Numbered from the stretch's first letter, positions 27,712 through 36,856 are shown. The stretch is 61,393 nt of DNA from an uncultured Bacilli bacterium (GCA_947627675.1 CANQWY010000003.1:1-61393), one strand, 5' to 3'. Numbers and translations: made by a program. The notes: generated from the letters alone by a model not told the origin.

Positions 27712-27908
27712 AAAAATTATTAATAAAATTAGCTTATAAAATATTAAAAAAATATAATGTTCCATATTTAAAAATAGATCATACAAATCAGCCAATTTTA
27801 TTTGATAATTCAATATATGTGATAGATAGTTTAATAATTACAGAAGCAATTGGATGTGTAGGAACAATGAAAATAGAATTGCATAAAGGAATTGATATTT
27901 ATGAGTAA
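27708..27908 (+). CDS. Hypothetical protein
   Basis: Packed ORF. Confidence 0.45.
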   Translation: MKKLLIKLAYKILKKYNVPYLKIDHTNQPILFDNSIYVIDSLIITEAIGCVGTMKIELHKGIDIYE

Positions 27909-28209
27909 TTTGACAAATATTAAGCACTTAAAAGAAATTAATAAAATATTAAAAATTTATAAAATTAAACTTTTACCGATTGAAATTAGGTATCTTGATG
28001 CTTTGCTAGAATTAGCAGAAAGTGGGAAAAAACTAATTATTTATGGAGGAAGACAGCCATCTAGATCATTATCAAAGGTTGATTTAATATATAGTATGTA
28101 TAGTAATAGAGCAGAATATAAAACTAATCATAAAAGAAAGAAATATGATTTTGCATCTAATATGATTATTGATGAAGTCCACGAATGGAGGCCAAATGAA
28201 AAAAAATAA
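27901..28209 (+). CDS. Hypothetical protein
   Basis: ATG 27901 is preferred over the TTG at 27892. Confidence 0.45.
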   Translation: MSNLTNIKHLKEINKILKIYKIKLLPIEIRYLDALLELAESGKKLIIYGGRQPSRSLSKVDLIYSMYSNRAEYKTNHKRKKYDFASNMIIDEVHEWRPNEKK

Positions 28210-28519
28210 ATTATTCGATGATACGATTTATATAGATAAAAGTGTTGTAACACCTTATGATAAATCAAAATGGAAAGCTATGTTTCAAGCATATTGTGAT
28301 AGTGATGAGATAAGAAAAGGAAGTTCTATAAATGGTTTAAATGCTTGCGGATATTGGCATGCTTGTGATTATTGCGATGGTAGCGATTTACCATGTGCTT
28401 GTGCAAATTCAATGCTTCAATATTTTAAAGAAATAGGGAGGAAAGTTGATTTCAAGAATACAGATACAAAATATTTCGATAAATTATTAAGAGGAAATTA
28501 TGATGATATAGAGATGTAA
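28196..28519 (+). CDS. Cys-rich hypothetical protein
   Basis: ATG 28196 lies 5 nt after GGAGG. ACGYWHACDYCDGSDLPCACA cluster. Confidence 0.5.
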   Translation: MKKNKLFDDTIYIDKSVVTPYDKSKWKAMFQAYCDSDEIRKGSSINGLNACGYWHACDYCDGSDLPCACANSMLQYFKEIGRKVDFKNTDTKYFDKLLRGNYDDIEM

Positions 28520-28598
28520 AAAAAGTATTAAAAATTTTAAAAACTATTTTTTTTAAAAAAGATAAAGAAAGATAGTAATTATAAAGGAAAAATCAAAG

Positions 28599-28644
28599 AT
28601 ATATAGAAGTAACAAAATTATTTGTGAATGTTACCTCTATATAT
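28599..28644. repeat. 16-bp-arm inverted repeat just upstream of the tyrosine recombinase gene
   Basis: ATATATAGAAGTAACA - 14 nt - TGTTACCTCTATATAT, with one mismatch. Confidence 0.7.
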
Positions 28645-28658
28645 ACGGGTGAAAGAGG

Positions 28659-29534
28659 GTGATTTATACGAGTATTGAAGAATTAGAAAATCATATTGAA
28701 AGTTTCATAACAGATTTAAGAGATGATGAAATAGCAGCATCAAGTTTACAAGTTTATCGTAGTAATATAAATCAATTCATAAATTATCTTAAAGATCATA
28801 ACAAAGATTCATTTGATAAAAGTACATATCAAGATTATCGAGATTATATGAAGAATGATAAAAAGTACGAAATAACGACAATTAACAAATATATTGTGAT
28901 TCTAAATAAATATTTTTCTTATTTAAAACGAGATGATCTAAAAATTAAACAATTAAGATATCAAAGAAAGCATTATATAGAAAATGTACCAACAGTTACA
29001 GATTATAAACGAATTTTAAGAGCTGCAAAGAAAAGAGATATAGTAGCTTACTATTTTATCTTAATTGCATCATATACAGGTATGAGAGTATCAGCTATCA
29101 CAGAAATAACAATTGAATCTTTAAAAGAATCAAAACATAATGATGATTACATAAAAATTTATTCAAAAGGCAAGTATAATGAAGTACCTCTTCCGGCATG
29201 GTTAAGAAGAGAATTATTAAATTATGCAAAAGAAAAAGGAATTAAAACAGGGTATTTATTCCCATCACCAAGAATTGAGGGAAGACCTATGACTCGCAAG
29301 ACTATGTGGAAGAAAGTTCATAAAGCCACAGGACAAGCTAGAGTTGATTTAAGTAAAGGACATCCACATGCATTTAGGCATCTTCTAGGGAAAGAATTAA
29401 CAGGGCATGTTGATAATGATAGTTTAGTAGTTGCTGATATTTTAGGCCATGAAAGTACAAAAACAACAGAACAATATCAGCAAAAATCAAAAAAAGAAAT
29501 TTCAAAAATATTAAATGAATTTAGATTTAAGTAG
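28659..29534 (+). CDS. Tyrosine site-specific recombinase (XerC/D-like), internal to the prophage
   Basis: N-terminal SAM-like core-binding domain. C-terminal ...MRVSAITEI...HPHAFRHLLG...LGHESTKTTEQY (R...HxxR...H...Y). Confidence 0.85.
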   Translation: MIYTSIEELENHIESFITDLRDDEIAASSLQVYRSNINQFINYLKDHNKDSFDKSTYQDYRDYMKNDKKYEITTINKYIVILNKYFSYLKRDDLKIKQLRYQRKHYIENVPTVTDYKRILRAAKKRDIVAYYFILIASYTGMRVSAITEITIESLKESKHNDDYIKIYSKGKYNEVPLPAWLRRELLNYAKEKGIKTGYLFPSPRIEGRPMTRKTMWKKVHKATGQARVDLSKGHPHAFRHLLGKELTGHVDNDSLVVADILGHESTKTTEQYQQKSKKEISKILNEFRFK

Positions 29535-29620
29535 GAGGTAAAATTTGAAAAAATGCTTGATATACACATGATCATGATTTTTGCAAATAATGATTTCTAC
29601 AAATTAGAGTTTTTAGGTAA

Positions 29621-29646
29621 ACAAGTAATGGTAGAGCATTACTTGT
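29621..29646. repeat. Perfect palindrome ACAAGTAATG-gtagag-CATTACTTGT (10-bp arms, 6-bp spacer)
   Basis: Read directly. Lies 87 nt downstream of the tyrosine recombinase stop. The architecture resembles tyrosine-recombinase core sites. Confidence 0.6.
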
Positions 29647-29730
29647 ATGAAGAATTTTTGATTAAAAGAATAAAATAATACATAGAACATATCATAACTT
29701 TATTTTTTTAAAAATAAGGGGTGATAATTA

Positions 29731-30183
29731 ATGTATAAAGAATATCATAAATGTTGGTATAAAATGATTGTAGCAAAACGAGATTTAGAAAATTCGCAAG
29801 CAATAATAGATGGTATTTTATTAGAATTAACAAAAACGGCATCGCAATTAAAAGATGTTACAACTAGCGGTAGTCATTTATCAGATAAAATGAGTAGTTT
29901 AATTTCAGCTAAAATTGATGGTGAAGAAATAATTAAGTATCAAAGAGTATTGTATGAACATCGAAAGAATATTGTAGATCAAAAATTAGAAGACTTAAAA
30001 AGCAGCAAAGATTTAGATGATATTATCTATCATTTAAAGTTTATTTCAAAATTTAAAACTCGAGAAGTTGCTAGAGTTATAAGCTATTCAAGAGAATATA
30101 CATACGAATTAATCTCAAAAATTAGAGATCAAATTAAACAAATCGAAAAAGAAATTGATGATGAGTTAAGACAAAAAAAATAG
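29731..30183 (+). CDS. Putative late-gene transcriptional activator (ArpU/RinA/sigma-region-4-like)
   Basis: Position immediately upstream of the packaging module. C-terminal HTH-like IIYHLKFISKFKTREVARVISYSREYTYELISK. Confidence 0.4.
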   Translation: MYKEYHKCWYKMIVAKRDLENSQAIIDGILLELTKTASQLKDVTTSGSHLSDKMSSLISAKIDGEEIIKYQRVLYEHRKNIVDQKLEDLKSSKDLDDIIYHLKFISKFKTREVARVISYSREYTYELISKIRDQIKQIEKEIDDELRQKK

Positions 30184-30199
30184 CCGCTTTTTAAAAGTT

Positions 30200-30241
30200 C
30201 TTACAAAATCTTACAAAATCCTAAAAAAATTGTGGTAATAT
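30200..30241 (+). promoter_or_regulatory. Candidate late promoter: tandem CTTACAAAAT x2 followed by an extended -10 (TGgTAATAT)
   Basis: Repeats at 30200-30209 and 30210-30219; TG 30233-34; TAATAT 30236-30241. Confidence 0.4.
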
Positions 30242-30368
30242 AGTATCGTGAGATTATTTAAAAAATGGCTTACATTTGTAATCCTTTACGGGATGTACAA
30301 AGGTTTTTGAGTATTGCACCGATTAAGCAATGCTTTTTTTTTATAATTTTTAAAGGAGGGAATAAGCA

Positions 30369-30728
30369 ATGGCAAAGAAAGTTAATACGAAAGAGTCTGT
30401 TGTAAAAGAGCCTATTACAGAAGCTGATAATAATGTTAATGTTTTAGTAAATGTTATTAGAAATTTTAAAGATGCTACTGATAATAACAGAGTTATTTCA
30501 TCAGGACCAAATAGCTATTACAGAACTAATAAAGATAGAGCTGATAAATTAGTAGCAGCAGGTTTCTGTAAATATGAAGATGAAGAATTAGAAGTTGCAA
30601 AAGCGGAAGTTGTAGAAGATTCAGATACTCCAGATGCGGAAGAAGATAAACCTACTGATATAGAAGCAACTGATCCAAGCAATACAGAAGAAGCTAATGC
30701 AAGTGATGATAGCAACCCAAACGAATAA
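30369..30728 (+). CDS. Acidic hypothetical protein preceding the packaging genes
   Basis: ATG after AAAGGAGGGAA. Asp/Glu-rich C-terminus. Confidence 0.55.
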   Translation: MAKKVNTKESVVKEPITEADNNVNVLVNVIRNFKDATDNNRVISSGPNSYYRTNKDRADKLVAAGFCKYEDEELEVAKAEVVEDSDTPDAEEDKPTDIEATDPSNTEEANASDDSNPNE

Positions 30729-31027
30729 CAGATGATAGTTTCTATCATACAACTCGTTGGAAGAAAAAGAGATTACAAATCTTAAAGCGAGATCACTACG
30801 AATGTCAAAGATGTAAGTCAAAAGGGAAAGTAACTACGAATAATCCACATGGCATAGGGAAGAAAGTTAAGCTAGAAGTACATCATAAGAAAGAACTTCA
30901 AGACTTTCCAGAACTTGCGTTTGTTGATAGTAATTTAATTACTTTATGCACGAGATGTCATAATGAAATCCACGAACGATTTAAATACCAAGTTTCGAAA
31001 AAATTTACAAACGAGGAGCGATGGTAA
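30725..31027 (+). CDS. Terminase-associated HNH endonuclease (no canonical start codon)
   Basis: The frame reads (I)TDDSFYHTTRWKKKRLQILKRDHYECQRC...LEVHHKKEL...NLITLCTRCHNEIH. The frame opens at 30713 and contains no ATG, GTG or TTG. Confidence 0.6.
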   Translation: MTDDSFYHTTRWKKKRLQILKRDHYECQRCKSKGKVTTNNPHGIGKKVKLEVHHKKELQDFPELAFVDSNLITLCTRCHNEIHERFKYQVSKKFTNEERW

Positions 31028-31126
31028 ATCCCCCCGGTCAAAAAATTTGACCTCATTTTTGGGGGTTAAGTAAACGTGAGGGGGCAGTGACTTCGGAGGA
31101 TTTTGCAAAAATTCATGTGAAGGGGG
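31028..31126. other. Candidate cos/packaging-initiation region
   Basis: G/C runs unusual for this genome (C6 31030-35, G5 31061-65, GAGGGGGC, AGGGGGG) and the palindrome GGTCAAA-AAA-TTTGACC 31036-31052. Located between HNH and terS. Confidence 0.45.
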
Positions 31127-31135
31127 GTGGTGTAC

Positions 31136-31498
31136 ATGGCAGCCAGCTCAAAAAAGAAGAAAAAAAGACTTTCCGGAAAACGAGGAAGAATTTATAAAAG
31201 TCTAAAAGAGCAGTTAGAACTTGCTGATAATTATAATGATTATACAGAGGATCTATTACAAGATTATATTACTATGTATGATACAAAGTGTAAGCTAGCC
31301 CAGGACATTGAAGATAGAGGCGTGTCATTAGAATACGACAATGGGGGTGGCCAAAAAGGAAGAAAGAGCAATCCTAGTATTGATCTTATGAATCGTACAA
31401 ATGCCCAAATGTTAAAACTACTTGATGCCCTTGGTTTGAAACCGTCAAAGATGAATTCTAAATCGCCAGATGATGGTGATGATGATGACGAATTGTAA
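31136..31498 (+). CDS. terS: Terminase small subunit (P27 family)
   Basis: ~120 aa with ...GRKSNPSIDLMNRTNAQMLKLLDALGLKPSKM and an acidic tail. Lies upstream of terL. Confidence 0.8.
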   Translation: MAASSKKKKKRLSGKRGRIYKSLKEQLELADNYNDYTEDLLQDYITMYDTKCKLAQDIEDRGVSLEYDNGGGQKGRKSNPSIDLMNRTNAQMLKLLDALGLKPSKMNSKSPDDGDDDDEL

Positions 31499-33143
31499 TA
31501 ATAAATATGTACAAGAATATTTTGATTTAGTAGAATCTGGAAAAGAGAAAGCTAATAAAAAAAGGTTACAAAATATTGAATTAGTAAAGTCGAAATTAAG
31601 ACTGGATATTTATTTTGAAGAAGATAAAATTGAGAAATCAATTCGAGCTATTGAAAAGTATTTTTTTAAACTATTTCCATTCCAAAAATACATTTTAGCA
31701 TGTATTTTTTTGCGTTTTAGGAGCGATAATAAGCTAGTTTTTAAAGAATTTTATTTAAAAATGGGTAGAGGTAATGGAAAAAATGGTTTAATTTCAGCTC
31801 TTGCTTTTATTCTTGTTTCAAACATAAACAATGTTATGGGTTATAATGTAGAAATTATAGCTAATAGTGAAGAACAAGCTAAAACATCATTTGAAGATGT
31901 TTACAATGTTATTGATGATCCGCATAACTCGAAACTTGCTAAAAAATTTTTATATACAAAGGAAAAAATAACATTTAAGAAAACACGATCAAGTATTAAG
32001 TTTTATACTTCAAATCCTAAGACAAAAGATGGAGGAAGACCTGGATGCTTAATATTCGATGAGATTCATGCTTATGAGAGTTTTAAGAACATAGATGTTC
32101 ATACATCAGGATTTGGTAAAAAGCCAGATAGCCGTACTTTTATGATTACGACAGATGGTAATGTACGAGATGGTGTTTTAGATTCTTATGATGATGAAGC
32201 GGCTTGCGTTTTAGATGGCTCAATACCTAATTCGAGAATGTTTCCATTTGTATGTGAATTAGATGATCCGGCAGAAGTAGATAATCCAGAAATGTGGGAA
32301 AAACCATGTCCAGCCATAAACTATTTACCGGAATTAAAACAAGAAATGCTTGATAAGTATCAATCAATGCAGATTCGTCCGCATGAAAGAAATGAGTTCA
32401 TGACAAAAAGAATGAATATTCCACATCGTGAAGAAGCTACAGCCGTTGCAAAATGGGAAGATATAGAAGCTACTAATCAAAAAATACCGAATTTAGAAAA
32501 ATATACCGCTGTTGGTGGTTTAGACTATGCAGAAATTCGAGATTTTTGTGCTGTAGGATTATTATTCAAGAAAGATAATAAATATATCTGGTTACATCAC
32601 ACATTTATCTGTGAAAAAAGTCCATATCTAAAAGCAATTAAGTTTGATATCGATTTAGCAATTGAGAAAGGAATAGCAGAAATTACAAAGGGAAATACAA
32701 TAGATCCAGAATTAGTTGTAAAGTGGTTTTTAAAAGCTCTTGAGAAATATGGAATAAAAAGAATTGCGATGGATAGATTCCGTTATAATGCTTTGAAAGA
32801 AACATTTAACAAATATGGTATATATCCGCAAAATAAAGAACATCCGGACGGATTACTCGTGCTTATAGGGAATGGTTACATTACGCACAACAAAGTTGCT
32901 CCGCTAATTGATGAAATATTTGCCAATCATAAAATAATTTTTGGTGATGATCCTATGATGAGATGGTACACCAACAATACTTTTGTAGATATTGATAAAA
33001 AAGGGAATAAATCTTATAAAAAAATCGAGCCAAAATTAAGAAAAACAGATGGTTTTATGGCATTAGTTGCAGCAATTAGTATTGAAAATGAAATTCAGTT
33101 TGATAACAATCAAGGTGAATTGCTTGGTGCAATAACATTTTAG
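31470..33143 (+). CDS. terL: Terminase large subunit (Terminase_1 family)
   Basis: Walker-A-like KMGRGNGKNGL, Walker B LIFDEIHAY, C-terminal nuclease half. Size and position fit. Confidence 0.9.
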   Translation: MMVMMMTNCNNKYVQEYFDLVESGKEKANKKRLQNIELVKSKLRLDIYFEEDKIEKSIRAIEKYFFKLFPFQKYILACIFLRFRSDNKLVFKEFYLKMGRGNGKNGLISALAFILVSNINNVMGYNVEIIANSEEQAKTSFEDVYNVIDDPHNSKLAKKFLYTKEKITFKKTRSSIKFYTSNPKTKDGGRPGCLIFDEIHAYESFKNIDVHTSGFGKKPDSRTFMITTDGNVRDGVLDSYDDEAACVLDGSIPNSRMFPFVCELDDPAEVDNPEMWEKPCPAINYLPELKQEMLDKYQSMQIRPHERNEFMTKRMNIPHREEATAVAKWEDIEATNQKIPNLEKYTAVGGLDYAEIRDFCAVGLLFKKDNKYIWLHHTFICEKSPYLKAIKFDIDLAIEKGIAEITKGNTIDPELVVKWFLKALEKYGIKRIAMDRFRYNALKETFNKYGIYPQNKEHPDGLLVLIGNGYITHNKVAPLIDEIFANHKIIFGDDPMMRWYTNNTFVDIDKKGNKSYKKIEPKLRKTDGFMALVAAISIENEIQFDNNQGELLGAITF

Positions 33144-33158
33144 GAAAGGTGGGATTAT

Positions 33159-34307
33159 ATGGGATTGTTGAATTGGTTAAAGTTTGCTTTTACCAAAGAT
33201 GGAATCGCTAATTTATCCGAATCCTTTGATGCAGATGTTTTGCTAGAAGTGTATTATAAAGAATTAGCTATATTTAGTGCTATAAACTTAATTTCTAAAG
33301 GTCTAGCTAATAGTGAATTTAAAACTTATTACAAGAAAAAGGAAATTAAAAAAGATAATTATTATCTGTTTAATATTGAGCCTAATCCAAATCAAAATGC
33401 TCAAGTATTTTGGAATCAAGCAATATCACAACTTGTATTTGAAAATGAAGTATTAATCATTCAAGCGAATGGTTATTTTTATATTGCAGATTCATTTACA
33501 AAAGGTGATAAAGTTTTATATCCTAATGATTTTACTAATGTTCAAATTGGCGACCTAACGATGAAAAAGAAATACTTTATGAATGAAGTTTTCTATACAC
33601 AATTAAATTATAAAAAAGTCACAGACTTAATAAATGGTTTATATTCATCGTATGGAAGATTATTATCACATGCTATGAGAGATTACAGCAAAAAAGGTGG
33701 AATTAAAGGAAAAGTAAAAATCGCAACAACTTTTTCTCAAAGATTTAATGATCAAGAAGATTTGCGAAATTATATTCATGAAAAATTTAAAGATTATTTT
33801 AATTCAGCAAATGCTGTAATGCCTGTTGAAGATGGATTCGATTTTGTAGAATCGAATAATACAACTTCTACTACTAATAGCGATGAGATAAATAAATTAA
33901 TTGATGAAGTATTTTCAATTACAGGAATAGCTTTTAATATTCCTAAAGGTTTATTGTTAGGAAATCTAGCAGAATTAAAAAGTTCTATCAAGAGTTTTCA
34001 AACATTTTGTTTAGATCCAATTGCGAATATGTTTGAGGATGAAATAAATCGAAAATTATATGGAAAAGATTTATATCTTAAAGGAACATATTTAAGAATT
34101 GATACATCATCATTACAACATATTGATATATTAGAATCAGCTTCTAATCAAGAGGCATTAATTAGAAATGGTTATAGTCCAAATGAAATTAGAAGAATTG
34201 TTAAATTTGATGAAGTAGATGAGGAATGGGCTAATACGCATTATATAACTAAAAATTATAGTGCAGCATTCAGCAAAGGAAATGAGAAAGAGGGTGACAA
34301 AACATGA
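33159..34307 (+). CDS. Portal protein (HK97 family)
   Basis: 382 aa, between terL and the ClpP-like protease. Confidence 0.85.
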   Translation: MGLLNWLKFAFTKDGIANLSESFDADVLLEVYYKELAIFSAINLISKGLANSEFKTYYKKKEIKKDNYYLFNIEPNPNQNAQVFWNQAISQLVFENEVLIIQANGYFYIADSFTKGDKVLYPNDFTNVQIGDLTMKKKYFMNEVFYTQLNYKKVTDLINGLYSSYGRLLSHAMRDYSKKGGIKGKVKIATTFSQRFNDQEDLRNYIHEKFKDYFNSANAVMPVEDGFDFVESNNTTSTTNSDEINKLIDEVFSITGIAFNIPKGLLLGNLAELKSSIKSFQTFCLDPIANMFEDEINRKLYGKDLYLKGTYLRIDTSSLQHIDILESASNQEALIRNGYSPNEIRRIVKFDEVDEEWANTHYITKNYSAAFSKGNEKEGDKT

Positions 34308-35035
34308 AACAGCAAACATTTATGAAATTTGTAGATAATGAAGAGCAAGAAGAAGCTGATTTATTTATCTATGGTGACATAGTTGATTTTGCCTGGTGGG
34401 AAGACGATGTTTCAGCAAATGATATTCGTAAGAAATTAAACGAAACAAATGCTAAAACTATTAATGTTCATATAAATTCATTAGGTGGCGATACATTTAC
34501 AGGTGTTGCAATTTATAATTTATTAAAGGCTAAAAGTAAAACAGCCAAGATTATTACTTATGTTGATGCAATCGCAGCATCAGCAGCATCAATTATTGCA
34601 ATGGCAGGGGATAAAATAATAATGCCAAGTAATACTCTTATGATGATTCATAATTGTTGGACCTTAAGTATTGGTAATGCTAATGAATTAAGGAAAACGG
34701 CTTCTGATATGGATAAAATTATGGATGCGGTTATTCAATGTTATTTATCAAAAATTAAAATTACAGAAGAAGAGTTACGAGCTTTACTAGATGATGAAAC
34801 ATACTTAACAGCACAAGAAGCTTTAGAAAAAGGTTTTTGCGATGAAGTATTAGAGTTAAAAGAAGATGAAAAAGGAATTCATCAAAATGCTCTTTCAAGT
34901 CTTGTAAATATCGTAAAAAATTCAAAAGAAAAACCTAAAGTAATTAGTGAAACGGATCTAATTGTTTCAAAAATAGTAGAAAGTAAAAACAAAGAAGAAA
35001 GTGATAAAAAAACATCACTTTTTAATTTGCAATAA
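34304..35035 (+). CDS. Prohead maturation protease (ClpP-like, S14)
   Basis: INSLGGDTFTGVAIYNLL...ASAASIIAMAGDKIIMPSNTLMMIHN. Confidence 0.9.
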   Translation: MKQQTFMKFVDNEEQEEADLFIYGDIVDFAWWEDDVSANDIRKKLNETNAKTINVHINSLGGDTFTGVAIYNLLKAKSKTAKIITYVDAIAASAASIIAMAGDKIIMPSNTLMMIHNCWTLSIGNANELRKTASDMDKIMDAVIQCYLSKIKITEEELRALLDDETYLTAQEALEKGFCDEVLELKEDEKGIHQNALSSLVNIVKNSKEKPKVISETDLIVSKIVESKNKEESDKKTSLFNLQ

Positions 35036-35049
35036 TGGAGGGATTTTAA

Positions 35050-36222
35050 ATGAAAAATAAAGATTTACAGTCTATTAGTAACGAAGAAATTAAAAGTACA
35101 GCTTTAAAAGCTATCGCAGATGGAAACGCAGAGGAATTTATCGATACTGTTCAATTATATATTGAAAATCTAGCTAATGAAATAAAAGCGGATTATGAAA
35201 GTGTAATTGCAAGTAATGATGCAGAAATTTTATCAAAAAGAGGATTTAGAGTTTTAACTTCTAAAGAAGAAAAGTATTATAAAGATTTAGCAAATGCTAT
35301 GAAAACTAATTCTGGTCTAACTGATATTGAAATGCCACGAACAATTATTGATCGTGTATTTGAAGATTTAGAGAAAGATCATGAATTACTACAAAAGATT
35401 AATTTCCAAAATGTAACTGGAATTACAGAAATGATTGTTCGAAATGGCGATGCAGAAGCAGCATGGTGGGGTGAATTAACAGAAAAGATTAAGAAAGAAT
35501 TAGCATCAGCTTTCAAGAAAATTACTGTTAATACTTTAAAATTATCAGCATATTTACCAGTTGCAAAAGCTCATTTAGATTTAGGACCTGTTTATCTTGA
35601 TGCATTTGTAAGAAGATTCTTACTTGAATCATTAGCAATTGGTCTTGAAAATGCAATCGTAACAGGTGATGGTAATAAAAAGCCAATTGGTATGGATAGA
35701 AATTTAAAAGGATCTGTTCAAGAGGGTGTATATCCACAAAAAGATGCAGAAAAAATCGCTAAATTAGATTTAGCTACATTAGGTGGCTTAATGGCTAAAT
35801 TAACTGATGATGGTAAAAGAAAAGTACCAAGTGCATTATTTGTTGTAAATCCTTATGATTATTATGCAACAATCTTACCAAGTATCTATTATCGTACATC
35901 AGATGGCCGTTGGGTTAATAATTTACCATTCCCAATTGATTTTGTACAATCTTGCGAAGTTGCAAAAGGAAAAGCTATCATGGGTATTGCTAAAAATTAT
36001 TTTATGGGATTAGGAAGTCAACAAAGAATTCTTAAATCAGATGACTACCACTTTATAGAAGATGAAACAGTTTATCTTGCTAAAATGTATGGTGTAGGTC
36101 AACCTCTTGATAATACATCTTTCTTATATTTAGATATTTCAGAAATCAAAGTAAGCGAAGATGCAGTTAATGTAAATGTAGTTAACGAAGTTCAAGTTAA
36201 AGATAATACTCCATCAGCATAG
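35050..36222 (+). CDS. Major capsid protein (HK97 fold) with an N-terminal delta domain
   Basis: 390 aa following the protease; helical N-terminal ~100 aa. Confidence 0.85.
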   Translation: MKNKDLQSISNEEIKSTALKAIADGNAEEFIDTVQLYIENLANEIKADYESVIASNDAEILSKRGFRVLTSKEEKYYKDLANAMKTNSGLTDIEMPRTIIDRVFEDLEKDHELLQKINFQNVTGITEMIVRNGDAEAAWWGELTEKIKKELASAFKKITVNTLKLSAYLPVAKAHLDLGPVYLDAFVRRFLLESLAIGLENAIVTGDGNKKPIGMDRNLKGSVQEGVYPQKDAEKIAKLDLATLGGLMAKLTDDGKRKVPSALFVVNPYDYYATILPSIYYRTSDGRWVNNLPFPIDFVQSCEVAKGKAIMGIAKNYFMGLGSQQRILKSDDYHFIEDETVYLAKMYGVGQPLDNTSFLYLDISEIKVSEDAVNVNVVNEVQVKDNTPSA

Positions 36223-36240
36223 TAAGTGAGGTGATCTTTT

Positions 36241-36558
36241 ATGGATAAGCCAAAAAAAGATTTATTTCCATATTTTGATGAAATAAAAAGATACCTAGCT
36301 GTCACATGGGACGATGATTATACAGATCAACAAATTATTGAATATATAATCGATGGGGAGAATCACCTAAAAAAAATTAGTGGTGATTCTTCCATTGATT
36401 TTAATACCGATATAGAAGCTAAAAAATTATTGAAAGATTATTGTCGATATGCAAGAAATTATAGTATTGAAGCATTCAATGCTAATTTTGCAGATGACAT
36501 ATTGAGGTTTCAAATCCACCATGCCGTTAGCGATTATGGTAAAACACCAATCATATAA
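36241..36558 (+). CDS. Head-tail connector (gp6-like)
   Basis: Position and size; ...IKRYLAVTWDDDYTDQQIIEYIIDGENHL pattern. Confidence 0.6.
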   Translation: MDKPKKDLFPYFDEIKRYLAVTWDDDYTDQQIIEYIIDGENHLKKISGDSSIDFNTDIEAKKLLKDYCRYARNYSIEAFNANFADDILRFQIHHAVSDYGKTPII

Positions 36559-36856
36559 CGATGGTGTGTTGAAATATTATAAATCAACACCCCAATATAA
36601 TGCTTCTAAAAAGAAAATCGGTGATGAAAAGACATATTTAGGTAAATTATGTTATGAATTAGCGACTAAACGACAACAAGATTATGATTTTGCACAGGCT
36701 AATAGTAAGAAACTAGATTTTAAAGTTAAAGTTCCAAAAATCCCATTTGATACAGAATATCTCGTTGAAATAAACAACGAGTTTTTTGAGTGTTATTTAT
36801 GTGAAGATAGTGATAAATTTAGCAATTATCTATATTTACAAAAGGTGAAACTATGA
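36521..36856 (+). CDS. Head closure / head-tail adaptor protein
   Basis: Synteny in HK97-like Firmicute phages. Confidence 0.5.
   Translation: MPLAIMVKHQSYNDGVLKYYKSTPQYNASKKKIGDEKTYLGKLCYELATKRQQDYDFAQANSKKLDFKVKVPKIPFDTEYLVEINNEFFECYLCEDSDKFSNYLYLQKVKL

Noticed and set aside
29547-29677. Small ORF (MLDIHMIMIFANNDFYKLEFLGKQVMVEHYLYEEFLIKRIK) after the tyrosine recombinase gene.
   Set aside because: Coding status is doubtful. The region is better explained by the 10-6-10 palindrome it contains.
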